Shown here one piece after another: positions 19,592 through 30,503 of a stretch of 64,000 nt of DNA (positions within the stretch are counted from its first letter, which is position 1; the number at the start of each line of letters is the position of its first letter). The translations under genes were made by a program, and so were the position numbers. The stretch spans positions 32,001 to 96,000 of the forward strand of contig CAVVOB010000032.1 in the NCBI GenBank assembly GCA_963749655.1, written 5' to 3'. This DNA comes from Nitrospirota bacterium. GTDB lineage: Bacteria > Nitrospirota > UBA9217. The notes under the pieces are model-generated. The model saw only the letters and a program-made list of their open reading frames with translations. It was not told the DNA's origin and ran no database searches.

Positions 19592-21685
19592 TTACGACTT
19601 CGCTTTTTCCCGCATGGCTTCTTTTCGCGAGAGGCGAATCTTGCCCTGCCGGTCGATTTCGAGCACTTTGACGAGCACCTCATCGCCTTCCTTCAGCTCG
19701 TCCGTGACTTTTTCAAGCCGCTTGTCCGATATCTGGGAGATATGGAGCAAACCGTCGGTACCGGGGAAAATTTCCACAAAGGCGCCGAAGTCCATGATCT
19801 TGCGGACCTTGCCCATGTAGAGTTTACCTACCTCGGCCTCCTGTACGATTCCCCGGATGATCTCTTTTGCCTTGTTTGCAGCAGCTTCATCGGACGACGC
19901 TATATTGATCGTTCCGTCGTCTTCGATGTCGATCTTGGCACCGGTCTGCTCTACAATGCTGCGGATCACCTTCCCGCCGCTGCCGATAACGTCCTTGATC
20001 TTGTCCGGATTGATCTGCATGCTGATGATGCGAGGCGCAAAAGGATTGAGCGTCTTTCTCGGCGCTTCGATCGTTTCAAGCATCTTGCCGAGAATGTGCA
20101 TGCGCCCGTCTTTTGCCTGCTGAAGCGCCGAGCGCATGACCTGGATGGTTATGCCTTCTATCTTCATGTCCATCTGGAGCGCCGTGATGCCCTTGCTCGT
20201 TCCGGTCACCTTGAAATCCATGTCGCCCAGGTGGTCTTCCAGGCCGAGGATGTCGGAAAGAACAATTACCTTCTCCCCTTCCTTGATGAGCCCCATGGCA
20301 ATGCCAGCCACAGGCGCCTTGATCGGTACGCCGGCATCCATGAGCGCCAGCGTCCCGCCGCAGACCGTTGCCATTGACGAGGATCCGTTGGATTCGAGAA
20401 TGTCGGATACCAAGCGGATCGTATACGGGAACTCCTGCTTCGTCGGTACCATTGCCTTGAGCGCGCGCTCTGCAAGGGCGCCATGCCCTACTTCTCTTCT
20501 TCCGGGTCCGCGAAGCGGCTTCGTTTCGCCGACGCTGAAGGGCGGAAAGTTGTAGTGGAGCATGAAGGTTTTGAAGTATTCGCCTTCAAGGGAATCGATC
20601 CGCTGCTCGTCCTCGGACGTGCCGAGGGTAGCAACGACCAGCGCCTGGGTCTCGCCACGGGTGAAGAGCGCGGAACCGTGCGTACGCGGAAGCAGTCCCA
20701 CCGACGAACTGATGGGCCTGATCTGATCGGGCTTTCTGCCGTCCGCGCGGATGTTCTTCTCAAGGATGATCTTCCGGACCTCATTTTTTTCCAGGTCGTG
20801 GAAGATAGCCGATATCTGGCGTCCCCGCGTGGGGTCATCCTCCTGTTTCAGCTTCTGCTTGATCTCGTCGAGCAGCACGTCGAGGGTCTTCTGACGCTCC
20901 ATCTTGTTCGGGATGACGATGGCCGTCAGCATGCGTTCCATGGCAAGAGCGGCCACCTGTTTGGCAAGCTCCTGATCGATCTCAACGATCTTAACGGACC
21001 GCTTCTCTTTTCCTACCTTTGCAACCAATTGGTTCTGGAGCGCCACGATCTTTTTGATCTCGCGGTGAGCCGTCTCGAGGGCTTCCAGCATCTGGTCCTC
21101 GGTCAGTTCGTTCGCTCCGCCTTCGACCATCATAATAGCGTCAGCAGTACCGGCTACCACCAGGTTGAGACGGGTGGTTTCGAGAGCTTTGTGATCGGGG
21201 TTGATGACGAATTTGTCATCAACCAGTCCGACCCGCACCGCACCGATGGGACCTCTGAACGGGATATCGGAAATCGCGAGAGCAGCTGACGATGCGATCA
21301 TTCCCATGAGGTCCATGGAGCTTTCGTCGCCGATCGACAACACGGACGCGATGATCTGCGTGTCGAAATAGTACCCGTCGGGGAACAAGGGTCTGATCGG
21401 CCTGTCTATGAGACGAGAGGTCAGAACCTCTTTTTCGCTCTGCCGTCCCTCGCGCTTGAAAAACCCGCCCGGGATCCGTCCGGCAGCGTAGGCCTTTTCC
21501 TGGTAATCCACGGTCAAGGGAAGAAAATCCACATTCTCCCGCTCGACTTTCGAGGCAACGGCCGTCGACAGGACCACGGTATCGCCGTATCGCGCAACCA
21601 CGGCGCCGCTTGCCTGCTTGGCCATAAGTCCTGTTTCCAGGATCAGCCGCTTGCCGCCTATCTCTGTTTCTGCAGTTGTTACCAT
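19592..21685 (-). CDS. pnp: Polyribonucleotide nucleotidyltransferase
   Basis: [21 protein letters not shown] and [10 protein letters not shown], with KH and S1 domains. Confidence 0.98.
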   Translation of the reverse strand: MVTTAETEIGGKRLILETGLMAKQASGAVVARYGDTVVLSTAVASKVERENVDFLPLTVDYQEKAYAAGRIPGGFFKREGRQSEKEVLTSRLIDRPIRPLFPDGYYFDTQIIASVLSIGDESSMDLMGMIASSAALAISDIPFRGPIGAVRVGLVDDKFVINPDHKALETTRLNLVVAGTADAIMMVEGGANELTEDQMLEALETAHREIKKIVALQNQLVAKVGKEKRSVKIVEIDQELAKQVAALAMERMLTAIVIPNKMERQKTLDVLLDEIKQKLKQEDDPTRGRQISAIFHDLEKNEVRKIILEKNIRADGRKPDQIRPISSSVGLLPRTHGSALFTRGETQALVVATLGTSEDEQRIDSLEGEYFKTFMLHYNFPPFSVGETKPLRGPGRREVGHGALAERALKAMVPTKQEFPYTIRLVSDILESNGSSSMATVCGGTLALMDAGVPIKAPVAGIAMGLIKEGEKVIVLSDILGLEDHLGDMDFKVTGTSKGITALQMDMKIEGITIQVMRSALQQAKDGRMHILGKMLETIEAPRKTLNPFAPRIISMQINPDKIKDVIGSGGKVIRSIVEQTGAKIDIEDDGTINIASSDEAAANKAKEIIRGIVQEAEVGKLYMGKVRKIMDFGAFVEIFPGTDGLLHISQISDKRLEKVTDELKEGDEVLVKVLEIDRQGKIRLSRKEAMREKAKS

Positions 21686-21721
21686 GAAACCTCACTTTAC
21701 TTTTTCACTTTGTTCGTGTTG

Positions 21722-21985
21722 TTATTTGCGTATACCGAGCTGGTCAATGACCTGACGGTAACGGTCCAGATCGTTCTTCTTCAAATAGTCCAGATGGCGA
21801 CGCCGCTGACCGACCATCTTCAGGAGACCCCTGCGTGAATGATGGTCATGCTTGTGCGCCTGCAGGTGTTCCGTCAAGTGACTGATACGACCGCTCAAGA
21901 GCGCTATCTGTACTTCCGGAGAACCCGTGTCCGTTGCGTGTCTGCGATAGGTACTGATCACGCTGGTTTTCTGTTCTTTATCCAT
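21722..21985 (-). CDS. rpsO: 30S ribosomal protein S15
   Basis: Motifs [12 protein letters not shown] and [17 protein letters not shown]. Confidence 0.98.
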   Translation of the reverse strand: MDKEQKTSVISTYRRHATDTGSPEVQIALLSGRISHLTEHLQAHKHDHHSRRGLLKMVGQRRRHLDYLKKNDLDRYRQVIDQLGIRK

Positions 21986-22024
21986 AACCGCACCCTCCTT
22001 TCTTTAGCTATTCTGAAGCGAGAT

Positions 22025-22053
22025 AAAATATCATATTTACAGCATGTTGTAAA
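22025..22053 (-). promoter_or_regulatory. Putative sigma70 promoter of rpsO-pnp
   Basis: TTTACA-N17-TATTTT with a TG extension. Confidence 0.5.
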
Positions 22054-22071
22054 GCATTTTATTCATGTTTT

Positions 22072-22953
22072 TCAGGAAAAAACAAGCGCAGGCTGAATCA
22101 CGCCCCCTTCGATCCGGGCCAGGGCAAGCAATCGGCCCCGTGTATCGCGAAGTCTCGCAAGTCCGGAAAGGCTCGTTTCCTGTGATTCCCGACATGACAC
22201 TTTGTTTCCGTGGACCACTTTGACTGCCTGTTCATCTGCAAGTTCAATAATCGGAAATTCCCCCAGAGCATCATCGATCGGGAGGACGACCTGGTGTGCT
22301 TTATCCGCAGCTGCCATCCTGCCCAACTCCTCAAGGGACAATGCGTCTCCGATCCTGAACCGGCCGGAACTCGTGCGTTCGAGACTCGTGACATGGGCGC
22401 CCATGCCGAGAGCGTCACCGATCCCGGCGCACAGGGAACGGATGTACACGCCCTTCAAGCAGCAGACCCTGAGAGCCACGAACGGATCTTCATATGACAT
22501 GAGTTCGATAGAATGGATGGTGACGGATCGCGCTTGATTGAACTCCGGTCTTCCTTCACGAGCGAGTTTGTATGACGGCACTCCCCTGACCTTCACCGCA
22601 GAAAATGCAGGAGGGCTTTGCATGATCTGTCCTGTGAACTGCTGTATCGCAGAAAGGAGATTGTCGCGACCGGGAGCCGTATAGGGCTTGGTCTCCACGA
22701 TGCGGCCATCGGAATCCAAGGTGTCCGTCGTTATCCCGAGACGCATGACGGCACGGTATTCCTTCTCCCCTGCCTCGAGGTACTGCGCGATCCGTGTCGC
22801 CCTGCCTACGCACAGCACCAGAACACCCGTCGCAAGGGGGTCAAGGGTCCCAGTATGCCCTATCCTCTTTTCCCGGAGAATTCTGCGGACCTGCAGAACG
22901 ACGTCGTGGGAGGTCATTCCCGATGGTTTATTGATGTTAACGACTCCGTGCAT
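22072..22953 (-). CDS. truB: tRNA pseudouridine(55) synthase
   Basis: Motifs KPSGMTSHDVV, GHTGTLDPLATGVL and KGVYIRSL. Confidence 0.96.
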   Translation of the reverse strand: MHGVVNINKPSGMTSHDVVLQVRRILREKRIGHTGTLDPLATGVLVLCVGRATRIAQYLEAGEKEYRAVMRLGITTDTLDSDGRIVETKPYTAPGRDNLLSAIQQFTGQIMQSPPAFSAVKVRGVPSYKLAREGRPEFNQARSVTIHSIELMSYEDPFVALRVCCLKGVYIRSLCAGIGDALGMGAHVTSLERTSSGRFRIGDALSLEELGRMAAADKAHQVVLPIDDALGEFPIIELADEQAVKVVHGNKVSCRESQETSLSGLARLRDTRGRLLALARIEGGVIQPALVFS

Positions 22954-22967
22954 CGAAAACCGGCTCC

Positions 22968-23952
22968 TTAAGTGTCGAGTTGCGCAGACACGGACTTGGC
23001 GATATCGCTGATCACGCGTTCATGGATGTCTGCGAACGTTCCCTGCATTACTCCGCCTGCGGCATTCTTATGACCGCCGCCTCCGAAGGACTTGGCCAAA
23101 TCGGAAAGATCGACGCGTCCCTTGGAGCGAAGGCTTATCTTGTACTGCCGTTCACCCGTCTGCCGGAACAGAACAGCGACCTCTACCCCTTTGACGGAAC
23201 GGACAAAATTGACGAAATTGTCTGTATCCTCTGCCGAGGTTCCGGTCTGGCGGTACTGATCGTCCGTCACGACGACCCAGGCAATCCGTCCGTCGCTGGT
23301 TTTTTCGATACCAGAGAGCACAAGCCCAGAGCAGCTGCAGTCTTCTGAAGGCAAAGGATTCGTATACGTTTTCCGTGACGAGCCAGGGATCGGCACCGGC
23401 CTCGATCATTTCCGCGGCAATTCGCATGCTCTTCGGAGAAGTGTTTGAATACCGGAAGGACCCCGTATCCGTAAAAATCGCGGTGTACAGACAGAGGGCG
23501 ATGTCCCGGTCGATGGGTGCGCCCAGCTCCGCGATCAGGGCATATACCATTTCGCCTGTCGCTGCAGCATCGGAATCAAGCCAGGTATGAGGCCAATCAC
23601 GGGGATTCGTGACATGATGGTCGACATTGATCAGCATACCGGCCGGGGGCGCGCTATCGAACAGACCCGTACGGGACGGCTCTGCATCCAGTACGACACA
23701 GGCGTCATAGGTTCCGGTGAGAGGGCGTCCGGTCTTGATCCGATCGGCTCCGGGCAAAAAACGGTAAATCTCCGGGACAGGATCAAGATTATGGGCGGTG
23801 ACGATCTTTCCGGCTTTTTCGAGTGCACGCTTGAGAGCCAGCTGGGACCCCAGGGCATCGCCGTCGGGGCTGACATGGACGGAAAGGAGGATGGTCGTGC
23901 ACCGCTCTAGCGCTGTTGCGATGCTCCGCGGATCACTCGTGCGAGGGGTCAT
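22968..23952 (-). CDS. nrnA: DHH/DHHA1 oligoribonuclease/pAp phosphatase NrnA, with an apparent frameshift near 23328
   Basis: [15 protein letters not shown] and [11 protein letters not shown] in one frame; SLRS...[11 protein letters not shown] in the next. Located between rbfA and truB. Confidence 0.9.
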
Positions 23953-24307
23953 GTGCTTTGCGTTCCTCTTCAATGGTGCGCAGAAGTTCCATGATGTGGG
24001 CGCCCTCTTCCACGGAGGCGTCAAAACGGAAGATCAGCTCGGGTATCGATCTCATGCGCATACGTCTTCCCAGTTCCGTCCTGATGAACGGTGTTGCGCT
24101 CTCCAGACCCTTGAGCGTCTGTGCCTTGTCGCCGCCGTAGATACTCACGAACACTTTCGCGTTCTTAAGGTCGTCCGCCACATCGACTCCGGTCACGGTC
24201 ACGAACCCGATACGGGGATCCTTGATTTTCCTCATAAGGATGTCGGCGATCTCCCGCTTCATCTGGTCACTGACCCGTTCGGTTCTTTTAAATGCAGGTT
24301 TGGACAT
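23933..24307 (-). CDS. rbfA: Ribosome-binding factor A
   Basis: Motifs [29 protein letters not shown] and PELIFRFD. Confidence 0.96.
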   Translation of the reverse strand: MSKPAFKRTERVSDQMKREIADILMRKIKDPRIGFVTVTGVDVADDLKNAKVFVSIYGGDKAQTLKGLESATPFIRTELGRRMRMRSIPELIFRFDASVEEGAHIMELLRTIEEERKAHDPSHE

Positions 24308-24376
24308 GCTTCTTCCTCTGCCGGATTCTTCTTTTCATCGCGGCTCCGTCCGTCTCGCTCGAGCGGACGGTAAATA

Positions 24377-24659
24377 TTAAAATATGTCTATGTGATAATC
24401 CAGCAGACTGATTTCCGGTACACCGCGAACCATGTTCAGGACATGATCCAGTGTTTTGTTCAGGTGGGCCTTGTCGTTGCTCACGGCTGCGACTGCAAGG
24501 GATGCCTTCTGCCAGAGATCGAGTATCCTCAACTTCTGCTACGGAAACGTTGAACTTGTGCCGGATACGGTCTTTCAAACCGCGGATCGAGTGCCTTTTG
24601 GTCTTTAGTGAACCGCTTTCCGGCACGTGAATTTCAATGGTACAGACGCCGATGAACAT
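24377..24659 (-). CDS. DUF503 (YlxP) protein, with one extra base near 24521
   Basis: MFIGVCTIEIHVPESGSLKTKR...FNVSVAEVED, then DLWQKASLAVAAVSND...DIF* in the shifted frame. Conserved position between infB and rbfA. Confidence 0.85.
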
Positions 24660-24714
24660 ATTTACCAACGCAAGTGCGGACTGCTCGCAACCGCCTTCAC
24701 CGGCGGGCACTATA

Positions 24715-27304
24715 CTACAGCTTCGCAGCCACCTTATCGATCACGAACGCTTCGATAATGTCGCCGACCTTGATGTCGTTGAAATTCTCCACGCCGATGC
24801 CGCACTCATAGCCGGTTTGGACTTCCCGCACGTCGTCTTTAAACCGCTTGAGCGAATGGAGCTTTCCTTCATAGATCAGCACATTGTCCCGAAGTACCCG
24901 TACGCCGTCGTTCTGTCTCGTCATGATACCGTCGATGACATAGGAGCCGGCAATCGTGCCGATCTTGGAAACATGGAATGTCTGGCGGACCTCCGCGCGG
25001 CCCAGGATGCGCTCCTTGAGCGTCGGCTCCAGCAGACCTTCCATGGCGGCTTTGATATCGTCGATGGCATTATAGATGATGTTGTACAACCGGATGTCCA
25101 CGCCTTCGCGCTGCGCGAGCTCCGTTGCCTTGGGTTCGGCACGGACGCTGAAGCCGATGATAATCGCGTTGGATGCCGCAGCCAGCATGACGTCGGTCTC
25201 GGTGATAGCACCCACGGAGCTATGGATCACCTTGAGCTTGACCGCAGTGGTGGACAATTTTTCAAGTGAATCCACGATGGCGCCTGCAGATCCGGACACA
25301 TCCGCCTTGATGACGATGTTAAGCTCCTTCACCATCCCGTCCTGAATCTGCGTATGCAGATCTTCGAGGGTCACCTTCTTCAGAGAGCCCATTTCGGTGC
25401 TTCTTTGCTTCGCCTGCCTGAGTTCCGCAATCTGTCGGGCCTTGCGTTCTTCTTCGATGACCGCAAAGCGATCGCCGGCAAGAGGAACACTGGAAAAGCC
25501 GATGACCTCGGCCGGCATGGCCGGACCGGCATTTTCAATCCGTTCGCCCTTATCATTGATGAGGGCGCGGACCTTTCCGAACTGGGCGCCGGTTACGAAG
25601 AAATCACCCACCTTGAGTGTGCCAGATTGCACCAGGACCGTTGCCACGGGTCCGCGGCCTCGGTCAAGTTTGGCTTCGATGATCGCGCCACGCGCCATCT
25701 TGTCGGGGTTCGCCTTCAGTTCAAGCACGTCAGCCTGGATAAGTATCATTTCAAGTAAATGTTCGAGGCCGATCTTCTTCTTTGCTGATACCTCGCAGAA
25801 GATGGTCTGGCCGCCCCACTCTTCCGGGGTAAGTTCGAACTCAGCGAGTTCCTGCTTGACCCGGTCCGGCTTGGCATCGGGCTTGTCAATTTTATTGATG
25901 GCGACGATAATCGGGACATTCGCCGCCTTTGCATGGCTGATTGCCTCACGCGTCTGCGGCATGACCCCGTCGTCAGCAGCAACGACCAGAATAACGATGT
26001 CCGTCACCTGGGCGCCGCGAGCCCGCATGGCCGTAAATGCTGCGTGGCCCGGAGTGTCGAGAAAGGTAATATCCCTGCCCCTTCAGGCTGACCTGATAGG
26101 CGCCGATATGCTGTGTGATGCCGCCTGCCTCGCGGGACACAACGTTGGTTTCCCGGATGGAATCGAGGAGCGAGGTCTTTCCATGGTCCACGTGACCCAT
26201 GATCGTAACCACCGGCGGTCTCGTAACCATGGTTTCGGCGGCATCGGCCACCTCTTCGAGCACGTCCTCGGCAGATTCTATATTTGCCACCTCGGCCTTG
26301 ACTCCGTACTCTTCGGCCATAAGCAGGGCGGCATCCATGTCCATGGGCTGGTTCTGGGTGGCCATGATCCCCATGACCATAAGCTTCTTGATAACATCCC
26401 CGACCTTCTGGCCCATGACCTCGGCAAATTCCCTGATCGTGCAGCCTTCCTGGATCTTGACGACTTTTTTGCGCGGCTTGGTGATCTCGGCAACGTCGGT
26501 CTGCTGGCCGTGCCGGTCGTCCTTTTTATGCATGCGTTTGCCGGTGGGCAGCGTCTTCAGGTCCGGCAGCTTTTTGAACGAAGGTTTGTCTCGGAATTCC
26601 CGTTCCTGCTTCAGTTCGTAGTCGGTTTTTTTCTTGTCCCATTTTTTCTTCGCCGGTTTGGCCGGGGCCGGTGCGGGAGGAGCAAGAGACGGAGGAACCT
26701 GCGAAGCTTCAAGGACCGGGGACCTGAAAGCGGACGGACGCGTCCCCTGCATCTGCCTGCCACTGAAGGGCCTCTGTCCCGGCTGTTGTGGACGTTGGGT
26801 CTGGGCCGGCCGTACCGCCGCTGCGGGTTGCTGCGGGGCGGCTGGAGCTTGAGCCGCCTGTTGCTGCGGCGTTATCTGTGATTCAGGAGAAGATGTCTGC
26901 TCTTCCGGCTTCGCTGCAGGCGTTTCTTTTACCTGGCCTGCCGGAGGGATAACAGGGGGGGCCGGCATAACGGGTTTCGGCATCGGCGGGATCGGCGCAG
27001 GCTTCGGTTTTGCGCCCGGTTTTTCCAAGGTCGACGAAAATTTGCCGATCAGCGCAGCGGCTTTTTTCAGCCGTTCTTCCCTGGACAACAAGGGGTCAAC
27101 GGCATCTTTTTCCTTCTTGGTTTTTTCCTTTTCTTTTTCCTTGCGGATTGCCTTCAATTTCTCGATCAGGGATTTTGTTTCCTTGTCATCAAGACCGCTG
27201 GACGGGGTCTTCCCTTTGATCCCCATCTTATCAAGCACCGAGACGAGATCCTTGCTTTCGACCCCCATTTTTTTGGCCAGCTCATGCACCCTGATCACGG
27301 TCAT
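24715..27304 (-). CDS. infB: Translation initiation factor IF-2, with an apparent extra G at 26078-26081
   Basis: RVHELAK N-terminus and GHVDHGKT. Removing one G restores [20 protein letters not shown] and the C-terminal GYECGIG. Confidence 0.96.
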
Positions 27305-27351
27305 AAAATCTGTTTCCCCCCACACGGTTCTGATTGATTTGTTATCTTACT

Positions 27352-27933
27352 CTAGTTATTGATATTTATCAAGCCTTTTAATCTTTCTGCTTCAATCCAG
27401 ATCGCATTAGCGAGACCCTTGTCGGTTATGGCAACGACACCGACGAACTCCCGGTTGAAAATACGGCCGAACTCTTCGCGGGTCAGCAGGGTTGCCTGAC
27501 GGAGCGATGCAGCAACGTGTACCGCCACCTTTTCCCTGGTCCCGTCCGACAGATCAGCGGCGTACAGGAGAAGCTCGACGCTTCCCTTTTCCAGGGCATC
27601 ACTGACCGCAGAGTATCCTGCAGCAATTTTTCCTGCTTTGAGCGATATGGACAGGAGCGATCCGATCTTTTCTCCGATCAGACTGGCAAGCCTGGCCAGA
27701 AACTCATCCGCATTGGGCGGCCGCACCTTCGCGTGGAGCGCTCTCGACAGTGCCTCTTTGGAAAGAGCCTGTTCTATGCATTCACGCCGGGGACAGATAT
27801 AAGCTGCGCGGCCGGGCAGTTTTTCCCGATAGTCTATCAGGATGCCGTCCGGTCCTGCCACGACCCTGACCACGCTGCCCTTGATCCGGGTCTGACGGCA
27901 GCCGATGCAGGTTCTTTCCGGTTCATGCTTCAT
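27352..27933 (-). CDS. YlxR (DUF448)-L7Ae/YlxQ fusion RNA-binding protein
   Basis: PERTCIGCR...GRAAYIC (YlxR) fused to KAGKIAAG...LYAADLS...VVAITDKGLA (L7Ae family). Confidence 0.85.
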   Translation of the reverse strand: MKHEPERTCIGCRQTRIKGSVVRVVAGPDGILIDYREKLPGRAAYICPRRECIEQALSKEALSRALHAKVRPPNADEFLARLASLIGEKIGSLLSISLKAGKIAAGYSAVSDALEKGSVELLLYAADLSDGTREKVAVHVAASLRQATLLTREEFGRIFNREFVGVVAITDKGLANAIWIEAERLKGLININN

Positions 27934-27957
27934 ATGCTATTGCCGTCCAGAAACGTT

Positions 27958-29310
27958 TTACTTTCCAATCAACGCCCGTGCGGACAGCAGGATCTTCTGC
28001 GCAGTCTTCTCTCCGATGCCGGGAATCGCCAGGATTTCCTCATCGGACATGGAGGCGACCTTCTCGATCGAATCATAGCCTGCTTCCTTGAGCAGTTCCG
28101 CCGTTTTCTCGCCCACACCATCGATACTGGTCAGGCCGGATACCGCAGGTTCGGTTGCCGCCTCGTCCGAGGCAGCCTGCGTGTTCAGGGATTCCGCGGA
28201 TGCAGTTTCCTCGGCCATCTTGCGGGTCTCCTCGACGATGGCGGCCTCGATTTCCTGCTCACGCTCCTTCTGACGCTCCTGGTCGTATTCCGACTCGCTC
28301 AGAATATCGATTTTCCATCCCGTCAGTTTAGCGGCAAGCCGTACATTCTGACCCTTTTTGCCGATCGCGAGCGACAGCTGTGAGTCGGCAACAACGGCAA
28401 GGGCTGACCGGTCTTCATCGGTTACCCCGACTTTTTCGACAACAGCCGGACTGAGTGCCTTGGCGATGAAAATGCGCGGATCCTCGGACCAGGGGATAAT
28501 ATCGATTTTTTCGCCCCGCAGTTCGCGTACAACAGCCTGGACTCGCGAGCCCTTCATCCCGACGCAGGCCCCGACAGGATCAACCTGCGAATCCTTGGAT
28601 GCAACGGCGATCTTGGTGCGGTCTCCCGCCTCTCGTACAACGCCTTTTACTTCCACGATGTTCTCGTAGATTTCCGGGACTTCCATTTCGAACAGGCGGG
28701 AAACGAAGTCCGGATGGGCACGCGACAGCACAACTTGCGGTCCTTTCGACGTGTCCCGCACCTCCATGACATAAGCCCTGACGCGGTCGCCGCGGCGATA
28801 GCTTTCGCGCGGCACCTGTTCCCGCGCCGGGAGCACTGCTTCAGTCTTTCCCAGATCGATATAGTATGCGCCTTTTTCATGACGGAGCACGATGCCGTTC
28901 ACGAGCTGGCCTATCTTATCGTTGAACTCCTTGAGGATGACGTCACGCTCGGCCTCGCGCACTTTCTGCACGATGACCTGGCGCGCGGTTTGCGCTGCAA
29001 TCCTGCCGAAGCCCTGGAACTCCACCTGCAGCGGCACTTCGCCTTCCATCTGCGCTTCGGGAAAGAGCGCTATGGCCTCATCAAGCGTTATTTCCTCGTC
29101 GGGGTTCGCTACTGTTTCCACGACCTTTTTGTAGGCGTACATGACGATATCGCCGCGCTTGGGATCGATCTGCACCGCAATGCGCTGGGTGCCGTACTTT
29201 TTCTTGGCAGCACTGACCAGCGCCGATTCTACCGCCTCGATCACCATCTCTTTTGAAATGCCTTTTTCCTTGCTGATCTGATCGATCACATGAATCAATT
29301 CCTGACTCAT
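27958..29310 (-). CDS. nusA: Transcription termination/antitermination factor NusA
   Basis: FGRIAAQTARQVI, DPVGACVGMKGSRV and AIGKKGQNVRLA, with C-terminal HhH repeats. Confidence 0.98.
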   Translation of the reverse strand: MSQELIHVIDQISKEKGISKEMVIEAVESALVSAAKKKYGTQRIAVQIDPKRGDIVMYAYKKVVETVANPDEEITLDEAIALFPEAQMEGEVPLQVEFQGFGRIAAQTARQVIVQKVREAERDVILKEFNDKIGQLVNGIVLRHEKGAYYIDLGKTEAVLPAREQVPRESYRRGDRVRAYVMEVRDTSKGPQVVLSRAHPDFVSRLFEMEVPEIYENIVEVKGVVREAGDRTKIAVASKDSQVDPVGACVGMKGSRVQAVVRELRGEKIDIIPWSEDPRIFIAKALSPAVVEKVGVTDEDRSALAVVADSQLSLAIGKKGQNVRLAAKLTGWKIDILSESEYDQERQKEREQEIEAAIVEETRKMAEETASAESLNTQAASDEAATEPAVSGLTSIDGVGEKTAELLKEAGYDSIEKVASMSDEEILAIPGIGEKTAQKILLSARALIGK

Positions 29311-29357
29311 AGGTCTTTCTCCTCCTGAAAATGAATGCAAGAACCTTTAATAAAGTT

Positions 29358-29385
29358 CAAATTGCAAACAGCAAATATCAAATAA
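29358..29385. repeat. Tandem heptamer array between rimP and nusA
   Basis: CAAATTG CAAACAG CAAATAT CAAATAA. Confidence 0.6.
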
Positions 29386-29409
29386 GTACTTGTCATTCGA
29401 AATTTTTCG

Positions 29410-29871
29410 TCAAAATTCAACCTCAAGCGAGGTCTTTGTTATATTGCTGAGCGAAATTTCCAGCGTTTCACCCGACTCAAGCTCCACCTTCACCAGCGCT
29501 CCTGCCAGTCCCCGGAGTTTTCCCCGAAAGACCTTTTGACCATTGATCGGCTGGAAGGTCTTTAACTTGACGAGACTTCCTTCGAACCGGCTGAAATGCT
29601 CGGGTCTCGAAAGTGTCCGGTCCAGCCCCGGCGACGAGACCTCAAGTGTATAAGCATGCTGGATGATATCTTCCACGTCCAAGGCCGTACTAAGGTCTCT
29701 GCTGACGGATTCGCAGTCATTCAGGGTGACCCCTGTATCTTCCCGGTCGATATAAATTCGGAGGAGCCACTTCGGCCCCTGCTTCTGAAACTCCAGATCC
29801 CAGAGTGTAAGACCCAGAGACTCCAGAATCGGGTGAAGGAGCTGTGCTATCCGGTCCTCCATTATTGCCAT
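29410..29871 (-). CDS. rimP: Ribosome maturation factor RimP
   Basis: Motifs LRIYID, DCESVSR and YTLEVSSPGLDR. Confidence 0.96.
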   Translation of the reverse strand: MAIMEDRIAQLLHPILESLGLTLWDLEFQKQGPKWLLRIYIDREDTGVTLNDCESVSRDLSTALDVEDIIQHAYTLEVSSPGLDRTLSRPEHFSRFEGSLVKLKTFQPINGQKVFRGKLRGLAGALVKVELESGETLEISLSNITKTSLEVEF

Positions 29872-29880
29872 CGTTCCCCC

Positions 29881-29914
29881 AAATAAAAAGAGTGGGCAAA
29901 GAAATGCCCACTCT
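29881..29914 (-). promoter_or_regulatory. rimP leader hairpin (terminator-like attenuator)
   Basis: On the minus strand: AGAGTGGGCA, 6-nt loop, TGCCCACTCT, then TTTTATTT, immediately 5' of the rimP ribosome-binding site. Confidence 0.75.
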
Positions 29915-30011
29915 CAACGGATGATTCTCAGAGTGTTGTTATTTTTTAACACAGGACCGAAGAGAATGCAAGCGAAAAAAGCATCTTGCCTGATTTTCCC
30001 GGAATCAGGCT

Positions 30012-30503
30012 TTAAAGGAAGACCGGCGGACTATCGCCTTTCCGTGCTTCTTCGTACCACTTTGCAATACTGACAGCGCTTGGCTCGCCCTCAGCCGGTG
30101 ACCATTTCGCGACATCAGGTCCGGACGGCTGGACATAAGGCCCTTGCTTCACCTCGAAGAAGACGGTCCCCGGTTCGAGGGAAGCCATAGCGTGCCATGT
30201 CCCTTTCGCTATTTCAGCCGCGACAACCGGTCCCTGCGCTGAAAGTATGGCGCGTTCGATAACCGTTCCGGCGTCGTCGAAATACAGAACAACCGCCGAG
30301 CCCCGCAGCATGATAAAAATTTCCCACGTCGGAGGGCTGGCGTGCCGGTGCGGCCGGATATAGGTCCCCGGTTCTATGGCATTGCACAGCCGCTGGACCG
30401 GATCGTCAGGGCCCGGATGGAGATTATGATTCATGCGTTTTCGGGGGACACCTGCCGCCTTTCGGGTAAGAGAATCAAGCAGCGCCGTGTCGATTTGCTT
30501 CAC
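30012..30503 (-). CDS. WbuC-family cupin fold metalloprotein
   Basis: RKRMNHNLH, VQRLCNAIEPGTYIRPHRH, WH and FEVKQGPY. GTGA overlap with the upstream gene. Confidence 0.88.
   Translation of the reverse strand: MKQIDTALLDSLTRKAAGVPRKRMNHNLHPGPDDPVQRLCNAIEPGTYIRPHRHASPPTWEIFIMLRGSAVVLYFDDAGTVIERAILSAQGPVVAAEIAKGTWHAMASLEPGTVFFEVKQGPYVQPSGPDVAKWSPAEGEPSAVSIAKWYEEARKGDSPPVFL

Noticed and set aside
26070-26090. Programmed ribosomal frameshift in infB
   Set aside because: The site is a simple G-run indel among about ten similar ones, and I see no slippery heptamer or stimulatory structure.
26600-27010. Pro/Gln/Ala-rich low-complexity segment
   Set aside because: It is the normal variable N-terminal linker of IF-2.
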